Below, one piece after another: positions 26,442-38,959 of a stretch of 64,000 bases of DNA. Origin of the DNA: Azolla caroliniana (lineage: Eukaryota > Plantae > Polypodiophyta); assembly GCA_043228905.1 (NCBI GenBank), contig JBHGNT010000020.1, forward strand, positions 2,046,001 through 2,110,000, read 5' to 3'. Positions within the stretch are counted from its first letter, which is position 1, and every line of letters begins with the position of its first letter. Under the pieces are notes generated by a model. The model was not told the DNA's origin. It did not search any database and worked only from the letters and a program-made list of their open reading frames with translations. The position numbers were made by a program, and so were the translations under genes.

Positions 26442-29425
26442 CTAGTGCTTTCTTTTGGCCCAAGGAGTGATGACCGTCTTTTGATCTTGATGTCGGTGCC
26501 TCCACCATCGAAACCTAAATCTTGATGCATACATATTCGTTTTCATTGATTCATGTGTCTCGACTTTAGTTGATGCACAGATATTTGATGTAGACAACCG
26601 AACATCAGAAGAATCAAGTATCTCGAAATCAACTTCGTGCTTATCATCATTAGCAATAGCATCTTTTGGTGCCACTGCCAGAAATAGCTCTTCAAGCTCC
26701 GGAAACACCATTGTTGATGCTAAACTTTGAGCTTGTATTGGGTCATGAATTAAAATATTCTCTGCAGGCAATTCTGCACAGCATGAGGTGTAACTCGAAA
26801 CCAGGGATTGGACCTGAAAGGAATAGAAAGAGATTCTTCAGAAATACAATCGGCCAAAAATAAATTCAACAAATACAAATTCTTTGCAACTTGCCCTCAT
26901 CAAAGAATGGATTCCTACATGTCACGCTACCCAATTCAACAAAGGTTTTAGGTTGAAAACGATGCTTACCAAAGGATGAAAAGCCGCAGCATTCTCACGA
27001 ATTACTCCGATAAGCTTCAGCTGCATGGCAATCAACACTTTGCTGCACAGAGATTTTGATAGCTCCACCAGTTTATTCCTTAAGCGAAACTGGTTCTGGT
27101 CCAAAGATTGTAAATGCTGACAGAGGAAGGGCTCTATGTATGTTTCATAGATATAGTCTGTACCCTGAGAACAATGATAGTGTAACAGTTATTAGTTCAT
27201 GAAACATCTAACACTTTTTGAGCCCTACAATGATCAAATTTTGATTATGACTAAACATGTGACTTCCAACAAACTATGACTAACAGAGACATGTACTGCG
27301 GAACTCGCTTGGATCGGTTTAATGTTCTTTATTAGTATTTAAAATCACTTGATCGGGCACAAAAAACGAATCGTTGTCCTTGTGAGAAATATGATAATCG
27401 ATTCTAAGTTACATTCCTTCTCGCTTCCGTAAACAGTGAAGAATCCATAACGATGTGTAACTCTTTTAATACAGCCAAACATTTGCCTCATTCACGTTTC
27501 AGTATAATGACTATAACCTACGTTTGTGTCTGCTCCTACCTTTGTATTTGGCAGCCATAGATAAACTATGAGAGCTACTTTACTTCCACTATAGAATGGT
27601 ACCCTGCATAGGCAACATACAGAGATTAATGCATGTCCAAAACTACCTTACTTCCATAGAATTCCGATGGATAAATACCATGATATAAACGTGTCTGCCA
27701 CTCTCTCAACTCCAGTAAAAACGGCCATGATCATCCTGCAAGTAAAAACGGTCATTGTCATATGTTTAGCGCGAGCGAGAGGGAGTGATTAGAATCAAAT
27801 ACCAAAAAACAACAAATCAACATAGCAGGCTTCCAAGAGATAAGAGATTTAGGAAAAAGGCAGCACATATAAAACGAAGTCACATCTAATCATCAAAACT
27901 TATGTCTCACTTGACATGCATAGATCATATAAGAGAACAAAGTAGGCGCTTATGCTCCATAAATTTTGAGATTCAAGGATAACTGATTAGGAGGACCAAA
28001 CATATTGCCGTAATATAGGCAGGACAGCTTTTCTCCATTACATGGTACAAATCAAGAGACTTATTTCATACCAATATCGACACCATGTCCGCAAATGCTC
28101 GAATTTCGGCTTGCTAGAATTAAGCGCTGCGAAGCACATGCAAGCTGGATACAGGTATCCAAAACATATACTGAGAAAACAAAAGAACACAAATAATCAG
28201 CATATGTTTATGGTTGCTCAAGGTGAGCAAGTTCGAGCCAAAAACCAAATATTTAGATTCAAAGAATTTCCAATCATTGGTTCAAAAATAGAATAGATTG
28301 TATAAAAGAAAGTGTAACTTACATACAATTCTCGATAACAAGTCAATTAGATTAAAGCATAGGGAATGTTGGCACAACTTATAGAAAACATGATCTCAAA
28401 AATCAAAATTACATATAAATTCTTCACAAATTGGGAGATGTACTCTCATGTTCTCACATATTCATATGAAGAAGGAATGTTGGAGAGTGCGAGAGACGAG
28501 CACCAAACGAAAAACACATTTCCGCATCATTTGTTGAGAAATTGAGTAGATTTAACTAAATGAAACTGTGTTGTACAAGGGAATTCTGAGAAAGAAGTCC
28601 ATTAGCTTCACTACAAATTATGAGCAAAAATGAGAGAGGGATTTCCATAGTTTCAAGATTCACAATTTCTTATCATTTCTTCATAGAACGAAGGAAACCG
28701 TGATCTATGATGCAGATTTCTGATGAAATGGAGATGAGTAAAACGCAGAACGAAGGAAGGATTAAGAAGGGGGAGAGAGAAAGAGGGAACTGTATCAGGG
28801 AATTCCGAGAAAGAAGTCCATTAGCTTCACTACAAATTATGAGCAATAATGAGAGAGGGATGTCCATAGTTTCAAGATTCACAATTTCTTATCATTTCTT
28901 CCCGGAACGAAGGAAACCGTGATCTATGATGCAAAGTTCTGATGAAAAGGAGATGAGTAAAAAGCCGAAAGAAGGAAGGATTACGAGGCGTGGGAGAGAA
29001 AGAAGGAATCGTATCAGTTCAAATTCATATTTCCATATCATTTCTTGAGAAAATGAGTGGATTGTTTGAAGTGAAGCTTGCTCAACATGGAATTCTGAGA
29101 AACAAGTCCATTAGATTTGCTAGAAATTATGTGAGAGCGACAGAGCAATTTTCATCCGTCCAAGATTCACCGTTCCCTTATCATTTGTTCATAAGACGAA
29201 GGACAAAACTGTGCAGGCAAAAGTGATTGTGATTAAACAGGACCTTTCATGAGATTCGAGAATCAAGGAAAAAAGTTAGGAGAAAGAGGAGAGATGAGGG
29301 AGAGAGACACTAGCGACACATCGATTCACATTTCCTTGTAAGTTATTTGAAAAATGAAGAGAATTATTCCAGGAAAGGAAAGTTGCGCTCTGACATGGAT
29401 CTGGGAGCAAGAAGTTGGATAGATT

Positions 29426-29473
<48 letters not shown>

Positions 29474-29961
29474 CACAGTTTCCTTGTCATTTCTTCACCA
29501 AACGAAGGAAAACTGTGTTCTGATATGCAAATTTCTCATGTAAACGTGATGTCTTATAGAAAGAGAGGCTGTGATGAAACAAGATGAGATTAAGGAATCA
29601 AGGAAAGAGATTTTGATCTCTCATGTAATCTCACCAGGTGTAATCGAAACAAAGACTGTGAGCTTACATCGAAATTCTAAACGAGAAGTCCATCAGGTAG
29701 AACTCATGACATGTCATTGAAGCATAGACTGTGAACTTACATAGGAATTCTGAACTAGAAGTCCATTAGGTGAAACAAGAAATCCATCAGGCAGAACTCA
29801 TGAGATGTCATTGAAGCACAGATTGTGAACTTACGTAGGAATTACGAGTTCTGAACGAGAAGTCCATCAGGGGAAACAAGAAGTCCAGCAGGCAGAACAC
29901 ATGAGATGTCATTTAAGCAAAGACTGCAAACTTACATAGAAATTCTGAACAAGAATTCCAT
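26442..29961 (-). CDS. HVA22: HVA22-like (TB2/DP1/REEP family) protein, copy 1; exons 29936-29961, 28072-28170, 27679-27735, 27540-27603, 26970-27164, 26442-26813; 270 aa
   Basis: All GT-AG junctions are in phase. Spliced protein MEFLFRISIICFGYLYPACMCFAALNSSKPKFEHLRTWCRYWMIMAVFTGVERVADTFISWVPFYSGSKVALIVYLWLPNTKGTDYIYETYIEPFL... matches HVA22g-j-type motifs (GYxYPA, WCQYW, W.P.Y...K, YLW.P.TKG). Choice of exon 1 is less certain than exons 2-6. Confidence 0.88.
28323..29961 (-). repeat. Tandem repeats (~219-bp and ~75-100-bp units) whose core is the HVA22 first coding exon; also at 40841-42479 and 53383-55021
   Basis: Eight copies of an ATGGA(C/A)TT.....AGAATT...|GT-type motif: 28323-28347, 28577-28602, 28796-28821, 29087-29111, 29668-29693, 29741-29766, 29835-29867, 29936-29961. 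Confidence 0.8.
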
Positions 29962-30165
29962 CAGGTGAAACCCGCAGCGAATTTCTTCTTCTTCCTCTTC
30001 TTCTCTTATTCCCAGGAAAGAAATGGATGGAAGGAGAGAGAAAAGCTGGAAGCACTTGAGAAATCCTGCGAAGACAAACTGTTGACAAATAGTTCATGAT
30101 GGATGATCGAGCGTCAATGAAGAAGAAGAAGACAGCGATGATGAATACGATTGAGATTGAGCTTC

Positions 30166-30183
30166 GATGACGATGACGATGAC

Positions 30184-30231
<48 letters not shown>

Positions 30232-30285
30232 GATGAAGATGATGAAGAAGAAGAAGAAGAAGAAGAAGCGGAGGAAGAAGAAGAA
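30166..30285. repeat. Compound (GAC/GAT)n(GAA)n microsatellite in the probable HVA22 5' UTR (also ~42684 and ~55226)
   Basis: Directly visible; explains the poly-His/Ser/Ile/Met ORFs. Confidence 0.9.
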
Positions 30286-33207
30286 GGCGCACGGTGATGG
30301 CGGTGGTGGTGGAGATGATGAAGAAGAAGAAAAAGAAGGCAATACAGGCAGATGCACAAACCCTAATTTCTCTGGTGATTTGCTTGCTTGTTATGTTCCC
30401 CGTGTGTGTGTTGCTTTCTTAGGGTTGGCGTTGGTTGTTCACCTCCTTCGAATCCAGAAATGAAATGGAATGGGAAACGAAGAGGAATTTCCCTCTCGTC
30501 CTTACTACTTACTATGCTATCGTTAAAACGATTCAAACAGAGCACAAAACACGGAGTTGAGCGAAACAGGCTTCAGTTATGTATTATGTATTTTATGCGG
30601 TCAAAGGAAACAGGCTTCAGTTTATGTATTTATGTATTTTATGCATGCATGTCAAGGGAAACAGGCTTCAGTTGATGTATTGTGTATTGTGTATTGTGTA
30701 TTGTGTATTATGTATTATGTATTATGCATGCAGTCAAGGCAAAAACAGTCTCGTGAAAAAACTTAAAAGAGAGAGACAGAAGAGAAAGGCAGAGAGGAGT
30801 TTCTTGGATGTATACATAACAAGGATATGGATGCATGGAGAGAATAGAAGCATAAGGATATAGATGCATGGAGAGAATAGAAGTATAAGGATATGGATGC
30901 ATGGAGAGAATAGAAGAAACTACATATATACTGCACCACCGCACCATGCGTGCTCTACAAGCCCTATAGAGAGACGAAGCAAAAAAATGTGGAGTCGCTC
31001 CACAAGCCCCTACTAGCTAGCTAATCCATGAATGTTGCCCAGATTCAAATCTATAGGAGCATTTAGTTTGGAATGGCGCTATTTCAAATCAATTACCATT
31101 TAACAAGTGCATGTAATTTAATCTTAGAAGCCTCGATAGTCGTAAGAGATGCGACTACATATACGTACGAAGAGCTACATTGTAAGCGTGGTGAAGCCGA
31201 GTGAGCGCCTTTGGGACATATATTATATAACGCGTTGCGAGCAAGCGCGGAGGGGCCCAAAGCATCCAGCTCAGCGTGTTTGTTGGTTCAACACGGATTC
31301 TGTGGGAATGAAACAATAAAAGTTTCGAATATGGGTGTCCATGTCGATTATATTCACGCGTGGTTGTGGTTGAGACGAAGCCACGTGTGGCACATTCACG
31401 TGCCTTCCAGTAAGGTAAGGCAGGCGTTTTCAATCGCTCCACGTGTAAGGGTGTGCGTGTGTGGAGTCCACCTTAATGCCTCGATAATAGTAATATAGAT
31501 CCACGTAGTTATAGTCACGTATGTACTAAGAAGTACATTGTAAGCACGCGGGTTCAGCTGAGTCGATGCTTTTGGGGCATATATTATGAAGGTAGGAGTG
31601 GAGGTGGGACAGGGTGGGCATGGGAAAGAAAGTTTACGGTAGGAAAAGGAGGACCTAAGTTTTTTCTGTCAACATCATTCTATTCGTTCACAGGACTTCA
31701 TCAAGAACGATCCTTAATTGTGAAAGGAAAAAGTTACGCTTTCCGCTAAAGTGATTCGAGAATCGATGGTGTGATGAATGAATCGTTTATAGCCTTGGTA
31801 AGAACGAAAAACGTGTGCAAGACTGGCACTCCAAATTCTTCTCCTTTGTCTAAACCACGACAACGGACGTGTATGTGTTTTTTTGTACGTAAAAAAACTA
31901 GTAGGTATCTCTCAACCTCATATTCTTAAAAAACGGAGAGGAATAGTGCGAGTTCCAATTGTTTTGTTTTCTGGGTCATCGCCTTCATCTATTATATCTC
32001 TTACAAGCCCTTGAATATCTACTCGCGCATCAAGCCCGAAGCATGTTCAACGTTTTTTCACAAGGGAGTGGAGTGGGTGGTGGGTAGACAATGGACATGC
32101 ATACATACAATATAGGCATTACCTAATAACAGGTAGAGATCTTCTTTTTGTGTTCTTTATTGGTTTGGGCGCCGTCCACCTCGAGGGGAGCGGTTGCCAA
32201 CCGCTCCGCTCGAGGCGGACAAGGTCTTTTTTTTTAGGGGGGGGGGGGGGGGAGGCACCTCCCCGAGTCAAGGGGAGGCCTCCTTTCTTCTTCCCCATCT
32301 TCGTTCCGCCTCCATGTGTAGGAGGCAAAGGAGGAAGACGGGGATGAAGAGACAGATGGAGAGGTCTTCCATTAGGTCGGAAGCCACCCTTCTCACTACC
32401 GATAATATGGATTTCTTATTATCGGCCATGAGTTCTGTCGAGCTTCACGGAAAAGTAGGCCGCTCCTTTTATAGGGGTAGGCCCCACGGGCGTCTGTATG
32501 TGGGACCGACGGACGAATGGGCGTCTGTATGTGGGACGGACGGGGGACATCATCATCATCATCATCTAGCCACACTGCCACAGCACGGCACGGGCACCTC
32601 ACTGTACTGCACAGCACAGCACAGCACAGCACCGCACCGCACCGTGCGTGCCTCAGATTCGCAGGAGGCATCGTTTCTTCTTCTTCCTCAGATCCTTCTC
32701 CTCTCCTCTCCTCTCCGTCGTTGCTGTTGCCGTTGCCGTTGCCGTCGCTCTTGCTCGCTCCTAGCCGTGGCTTTCCTTCTCTGTCACTTCCACTGTTGTT
32801 CTCTCTTTTCGCAGAAGCTCCTCTCCGCCGAGCCTCGCAAGTAAGTACAAGTACAAGTACGTATGTATGTATGTATCGACCTACCTACGATCTCGCCTCA
32901 GAAGCTGCTGTTCGTTTCCCGTTTCTTTCATCCCGACCGTTGAGCTTAAATAAATCCTCCTCTCTTCTGGATGGGATGGAAATGAGCAAGCATTAACCCC
33001 TGGAAAATGAATGCATTCCATACAGCAAAACAACAGAACTTCGTAGGAGTTTCAGATGCATTCCTGGCCGGCCCTATCCTAACATTGATGATGGATGTGA
33101 TGTACCATATGAATCGACATCGGATCAGTCAGTCTATCTATCTATATATGGATTGATCCGATGTCGATTCATATACATATAAAAAAATACATACGATTCA
33201 TACTTAC

Positions 33208-33238
<31 letters not shown>

Positions 33239-33739
33239 TGTATGTATGTATGGATGTATGTATGTATGTATGTATGTATGTATGTATCAGTGCCTCGTTC
33301 TTCTGGATCCAGCATAAACATTTGTAGAAATTTGGATGGACTATGTACGTATTTGGAAGGAAGATCCTTCCATACAAGACTGATCCACCGACCTTTCCCC
33401 CTTGTCTGTCTCCATCTCCATCTCAGTCTCATCCTCTTTCTTCTTGCAAATTTGTATGCACGTGCGCATACCAAACAGGTACATATCGTAGTCAACATCG
33501 AGCGAGCAACCGTCTACTTACTGCGGTAACCTACCGACACAGGAGGAATAAGTTGTGGTATGGTGGTATGAATAGGGTACCACGACATCCTTTTGTTATC
33601 TGCCTACAAATCAGCTTAAAAAATCCCGTTTTCCCTCTGTATAAACACCACCGATGCTTTTTTATGCCGTTCATCATTGTGCATGTTCTTCTCTGTAGCT
33701 CTGCACACCATGTAACGGGGGACCACTTCCATGGACCTT

Positions 33740-36393
33740 ATGTCCGATGATGCATTTCTTGAAGCCGCAGCCATGATGATATAACTGCATAACACGATCG
33801 CTTTTATGTCTTCAAATTTATGCAAGAAGAGGCTCTCGCCTGTGATGATTTGATTTTGTATGTTGAATATCGATAGTTCACATCACCTTAAATGTGGCTT
33901 GCTTCTTGATGCCATGAGAGTTTTTGACAAAGCTTCCTCTTTTTTGAGTTCAGATTGCTGCGTGGAAGGCAGTACTTGTTGGCTACGTGGGAGATGGACA
34001 TTTCAAGCAAGCACTACATACATTATTTATTGCAGAGAGATGGGAAAGAAGAGCTTACCTCAAAATGATGTGATTGTTGGATTCATATCTGAAACATGGC
34101 ATTACTTATAAGATGTTGTTTCATGGAATTCTTTAATGAGTGATTGACGGAGCTCAAGAAGCTCTTTGCTCTTTTGGACAATTGCAGATTTGAGTCCATT
34201 TTTCCTACCCTTGTCTCATATATTTGTAGCTTGAAGGTAGGTACCCTTGTGGGATGAATGAATCGATGTTGAAGGTAGTCAGTCGGTCATATACGTTCCC
34301 TAATCCAAATTGAAGGTATTTTGGCTGACAAAGCTACAGTTGTGGATGTGTTTTCATCTCTCTGGCAATGGCAAGGAGATCCTACCGCCTCAGGGGAAAT
34401 GATTGCATGTTCTGGTGAATCAGATCTGGCTGCATGCACATCTTAAAATTGTTGTTGCTACTGCTATTTTAAATCTGGTCTCCTAGAGTGTGTATGCATA
34501 AGACTTTTGATAGATTTTCCAACCATGACACCCTCCTGGGAAACTTTGATAGGGGCTTATGCAAGATATGGCCGGCCAGAGAAGCAAGGCTGTTCAGCTT
34601 TTTGAGCATATGCAGAGAGAGGAGGACCTATACTATACACCTGGGAAGATTGGTCTCCTTGGCATCTTAAATCCTACTCCGGTGGGGAATCCCTCATTCA
34701 TGGAAATGACGAGTTACGTTGAGCAGGAAAAAGGGAGGAAGGCATTGGAATTTCTTGACAGAATTAGGTTGTAGAGTAACACTTCTTCAAGTGTTATCAC
34801 ATACGGTTGCTTACTTGAAACCATGCGGAAGCATGGGATCTGTAGGCAAAGGCCAAGATTTCCATGCTGAAACTGCTCGAGAAAACTCATTTATGGGTAC
34901 TTACTTATATGCAAGTTTTGGAATGGTAGAAAAGCCGTGCTAACTGTGGGACAAGGTTTTGATTCATGATATTTCCTTGTGGAATGCATTCATTTCAGGC
35001 TATTTTGAACATGGTTGTGGTGGGAAGCTATACTCTCGTTGTTTCAAAGAGAATGCAGGTTCGTGGTATCGGCCTTGACTCTAAGCTTTGCATGCATCGT
35101 GAAAGCATGTGCTTGTACTGGATGTATAGATACAAGGATATGGATATATGGAGAGATTACAAGAAACTATATATGTATGTCTATGTGTGTGTGGGTGTGG
35201 GTGTGGAAAAGACGTGTAAGTAGGCAGTCTGGTCAATATCTGTGCTAAATTTGTGTTGCTGTAATATGTAGTTAAGGATTAAATGAGTTGAAGTTCACTT
35301 AGAATAGACTATGCACAGCGAGAACGTGATATGAGGAATCATCAACGTGTTTTAAAGAGATACAACGGGGAAGCATCTATTCAGATGCTTGTCGAGAAAT
35401 AGTATACGGTGTAAAGGGAAAGGAACTACAACAGTGAGATCATTAAAAGAGGACATTTCAAGATAGAAGTATTCATGGGAAGCATCTTGGTTGATATGTA
35501 TGCACAATTGCGGTTTGCTTGCAGAAGCACAAATAGTGTTTGAGACATTACTGGTTCAGGTTGTATTTTGTCTTGGAACGCACTTATTTCGAGATACACC
35601 CACGCGGGAAAAAGAAAGGAGGTAAGTTTTGAAAACTTTTCCTACCGGATATGCAGACCGGAAGCTATACTTACCAGATGCACTGGCATCTTAACAGCAT
35701 GTGGCAACTTATGGGTTGTATGGAAAAGAAACACATTACCCGCTGAAACTATTGCCGATCTCTTATTAGAGAAAGATGCGGTGTTTGGAAATGATTCAAT
35801 GGAGATGTATGACAACTGCGGATACGTCAACGCACAACTAGCATTTGACGAGCTTTGAACTCGAGATGCACACAGTCTCATGGAATGTATTCATTCCTGG
35901 ACATTGTGCACGTGGAAACATTGAAGAAGCATTGATACACTTGGAGCATACGAAGATGGATAAGATCTCCAGTCTTTCTCACTGTCTTGAAAGCATGTGG
36001 AAACTTAGGAGAAGCCGACAGGAAGCCTACGAAGGCAAAACAATACATTCGAGGGCCGTGATTAGATGGGTTTATATAGGGCAATGACACTCTCAGCGGT
36101 GCATTGGTTGACATGTATTTAAAACCCGGCTTGGACTTTGGAATATAGTCATGTGGAAGTCTCCTTTGGCGAGACGTGCTCCCAGAGAGCATTTTATCGT
36201 TTTGAAAAAATGCAACTTGAAGATGATTTGTCGAATGGAGTCGCGTGCATCCACGTATTCTAAGCTTGTGCCAATGAAGGAGCTGTTGAAATTGGGAAAG
36301 AAATGTATGCCAAAATCACTAAGAGAATGAAAATCTCATCGCAAAACATTGATTTGATATGTACTCCACAGTGTGGTCAGCCCTCTTGGATGG
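33740..36393 (+). pseudogene. PPR pseudogene, copy 2
   Basis: Homologous to 21780-24440 with the same PPR fragments; putative 5' UTR exon donor AA|GTAAGT at 32841. Confidence 0.8.
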
Positions 36394-36818
36394 TTGTGAA
36401 ACGTGGATAAATGTGGAGTTTGTTGTTACTTAGCAATGGATCGGTTGGGTTTGTTGTCAATTCGATTTGAATTCGGTCTTCTTGAGCAATACTCAGAGAG
36501 GGTCTGAAGATTGCTGATTCAGTCGTGGACTTTGACAATTCTATGATTTTGGGAAGGGTTTTCAAGTCAGCTCTTGTCGAATTTTCTGGTCCGTTTCTCT
36601 GTTGCAAAACTTGATGGAATGCTCTGATACCACTTGTTGGCTTTTGTGGTGGAATACGTATATGCATGGAAACCTATAGATGGACTTGGTTAGAGTTAAG
36701 CAAATTAGACAGAGAGCTTGAAGGTATGTTATGCAAGACTAACTTGCAATAGAGGGTGTATATACAATATACATGGTGGAGCAAAAGAGCAACTCCTATT
36801 TTCTACCAATGCACAACA
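36394..36818 (-). mobile_element. Truncated Copia: short 5' LTR (~36635-36818), PBS and leader
   Basis: Perfect PBS TGGTATCAGAGC at 36621-36632 (-), 2 nt from an LTR end (TGTTGG on + at 36635). The distal end at CAACA 36818 is tentative. Confidence 0.7.
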
Positions 36819-38959
36819 TAGCTACACTCGTATGTTGGGCCATATACAAAGGTAGAGGGCTAAGCCTTTTATCCAAGCAAAAATGACATTTTTCACTTTT
36901 GTATGTTGTGATGGTAGTATTTCATCGATGTCAAGTATTTCACATACTGCGTACCTCTAATTAATTTAGTAACTAACAGTGATGAAGAGCTATTGAATGA
37001 ATTGCTTAAAGAGTGGAATGAATTACTTAAGAGTAGAAAGGTGAGAAGATTCAACAAAGAGTAAACGTAATTAATAAACGGTGGTGCTTAACTATAATCA
37101 CCATTGTTGTCTTACATAAAAACCCTTCTCCTAATCCTCTGAATCACTACGCGAACGGAAATATTAGAAAGCACTCTATAGCTGCTGACTATTCTTTACA
37201 GCAACCACATTAGGTGGTTTGACCAAATTCCTATGTTGCTCTTAGTTTTTTGATTAATCCAAAAATGCTAAAATTTTATCTAATAAAAGGAAGTAAAAGG
37301 TACGGCCCTTTAAATTGTTGGGGAAGACAACCAAGAGGATTTTCCTTTAAACCACCCTAAAAATGGTGGATATATGTTGTCCATAACAAGTGAATCATTG
37401 ATTTCTATCAAGGATATCTTGTGCAAAGGGTATGGGCCATGGCTAGTTCTTATTTGTTGTAGGTGAGATCAAATTGGAAGTATACTAATGATTAAGAACA
37501 CCCTTTGTTTTAAGCGGTAACATTTAATTCAGAAGTTTAATAAGTCTTTCCTTCCATCGTTCCCCAAATCTGGCGATGCATGAGGTAGCATTTTTATGAG
37601 CAAGCACGCGAAAGGAGGTAGTATATAGATCTTATGAAACAATAGTGCATCCATCTAGTTTGTTCTACCTAGCCACATGTACGTATCACGTGTTGAAGGG
37701 GGCCTATCTAGTACGTAAAAAAGGTGTTTACAAGGGTGTAAGGCATCTAATTCGTTTAGCACGCCTCGCTACCCGTTTTTTTGGTTTGGACATATAAACT
37801 GGAGTTTTAGTGGGGAGCGGGGGGGGGGGGTGATGATTTGTTTTAGTTGTTATAAGAACTAAAATATGCGGTTTCTTTTCCATATCATATGATAAAAAAG
37901 CAAGGGAGGCGCGTGTATGGAATTATTAAGAAAAGGTGGAGTTGTATATGAGGAGTGACTATATTAGAAATGGGGGAGGGGCAAAGGAGTTCTACATAGC
38001 GGGAGGGGTATGTGAGGAAATAGAGGGGGAAATAGGGTGGGGCTCATTACAAAAAAGAGGAGGGGTAAGTTAAGAAATTTTCGAAAGTGGGGGGGAGGGG
38101 TATAGAACAAATTCAAAGAAACTGTGGAAGGGGTTTCGTGTGTGAAATCAATGCACCTTTGACTAAATATGATTTGATAGGCACATTCCAATATACCTGC
38201 GTGATCCCATGACGGGATACATGTAGAAGTCTTGTCCATAAGGCTTGATCAAGAAATTATGTATAAAATTAACTTGAACTCTATGCTTTCTTCTCTATCA
38301 CAAAAGAGCTCTAAGTCATTCATGTAATTTGCAATTACGTTAAATGAGACTCAAAGTTGCTTATGCTACCATCTATAGTACACAAATTACGATTGCATTT
38401 GGGGCTTTTAACGTAGAAGCTTCATATCATTTGCATGTTAACGGTGGTATCAATCATACAAGGAGTGAAACCCCTCATTAAACTCGATAGCAATAGGATT
38501 ATAGCTCGTTACGAATCACTAACAAAAGAATCGTAATGCTGTGACAGACAGAAAAGAATAGGAAATACTATAACCTATATTGTACTCGTGTAGTCATTAC
38601 TCAAAGCCATGTGCAACTCATGAAGTTCCCCGTTTAACTTTTGATACTAACCATTCGCGCATCTGTAGCCAAAACTCAAGAACTTACTAGTACATATACA
38701 ATTTATTTTTCCATAACCAGATAAGGTGGATTTCCATATTGGGCTCAAATGAACGTCGCTTTTCATTAGATTTCAAAAACCTGAAAATGGACATACGGCA
38801 CCATGTCCAAATCTTTTATGAACGGACGGATATTGTGCTTCTATCTATGTACAACCGGATAGATGTTAGTATAGAATGTACATAAATGGTCAAAGCATTC
38901 CCGCACAATAAGTGAGCCCTATGAGTATCCTGTTACCAAGAAGACTTGATCCTCAAATC

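Noticed and set aside
28323-28360. Nearest donor as the functional HVA22 exon 1 in copies 1-3
   Set aside because: ATG CTT TAA stops immediately, and the motif lacks an ATG and is phase 1, while exon 2 needs phase 2.
29640-29970. Regularly spaced repeats resembling a CRISPR array
   Set aside because: The 'spacers' are homologous to each other, the context is eukaryotic and there are no cas genes; better explained as exon-1 tandem repeats.
30358-30426. AAACCCTAA / TTAGGGTT as telomeric repeats
   Set aside because: Single units only; at most telo-box-like promoter motifs.
29909-30463. Poly-His/Ser/Ile/Met ORFs (also at ~42.4-43.0 kb and ~55.0-55.5 kb)
   Set aside because: Translations of a trinucleotide microsatellite that is open in several frames; no domain content.
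32194-33750. Long + strand ORFs (216, 159, 135 aa)
   Set aside because: Built from simple repeats and UTR/intron-like sequence; the 216-aa ORF is broken by a G-run indel in the next copy.
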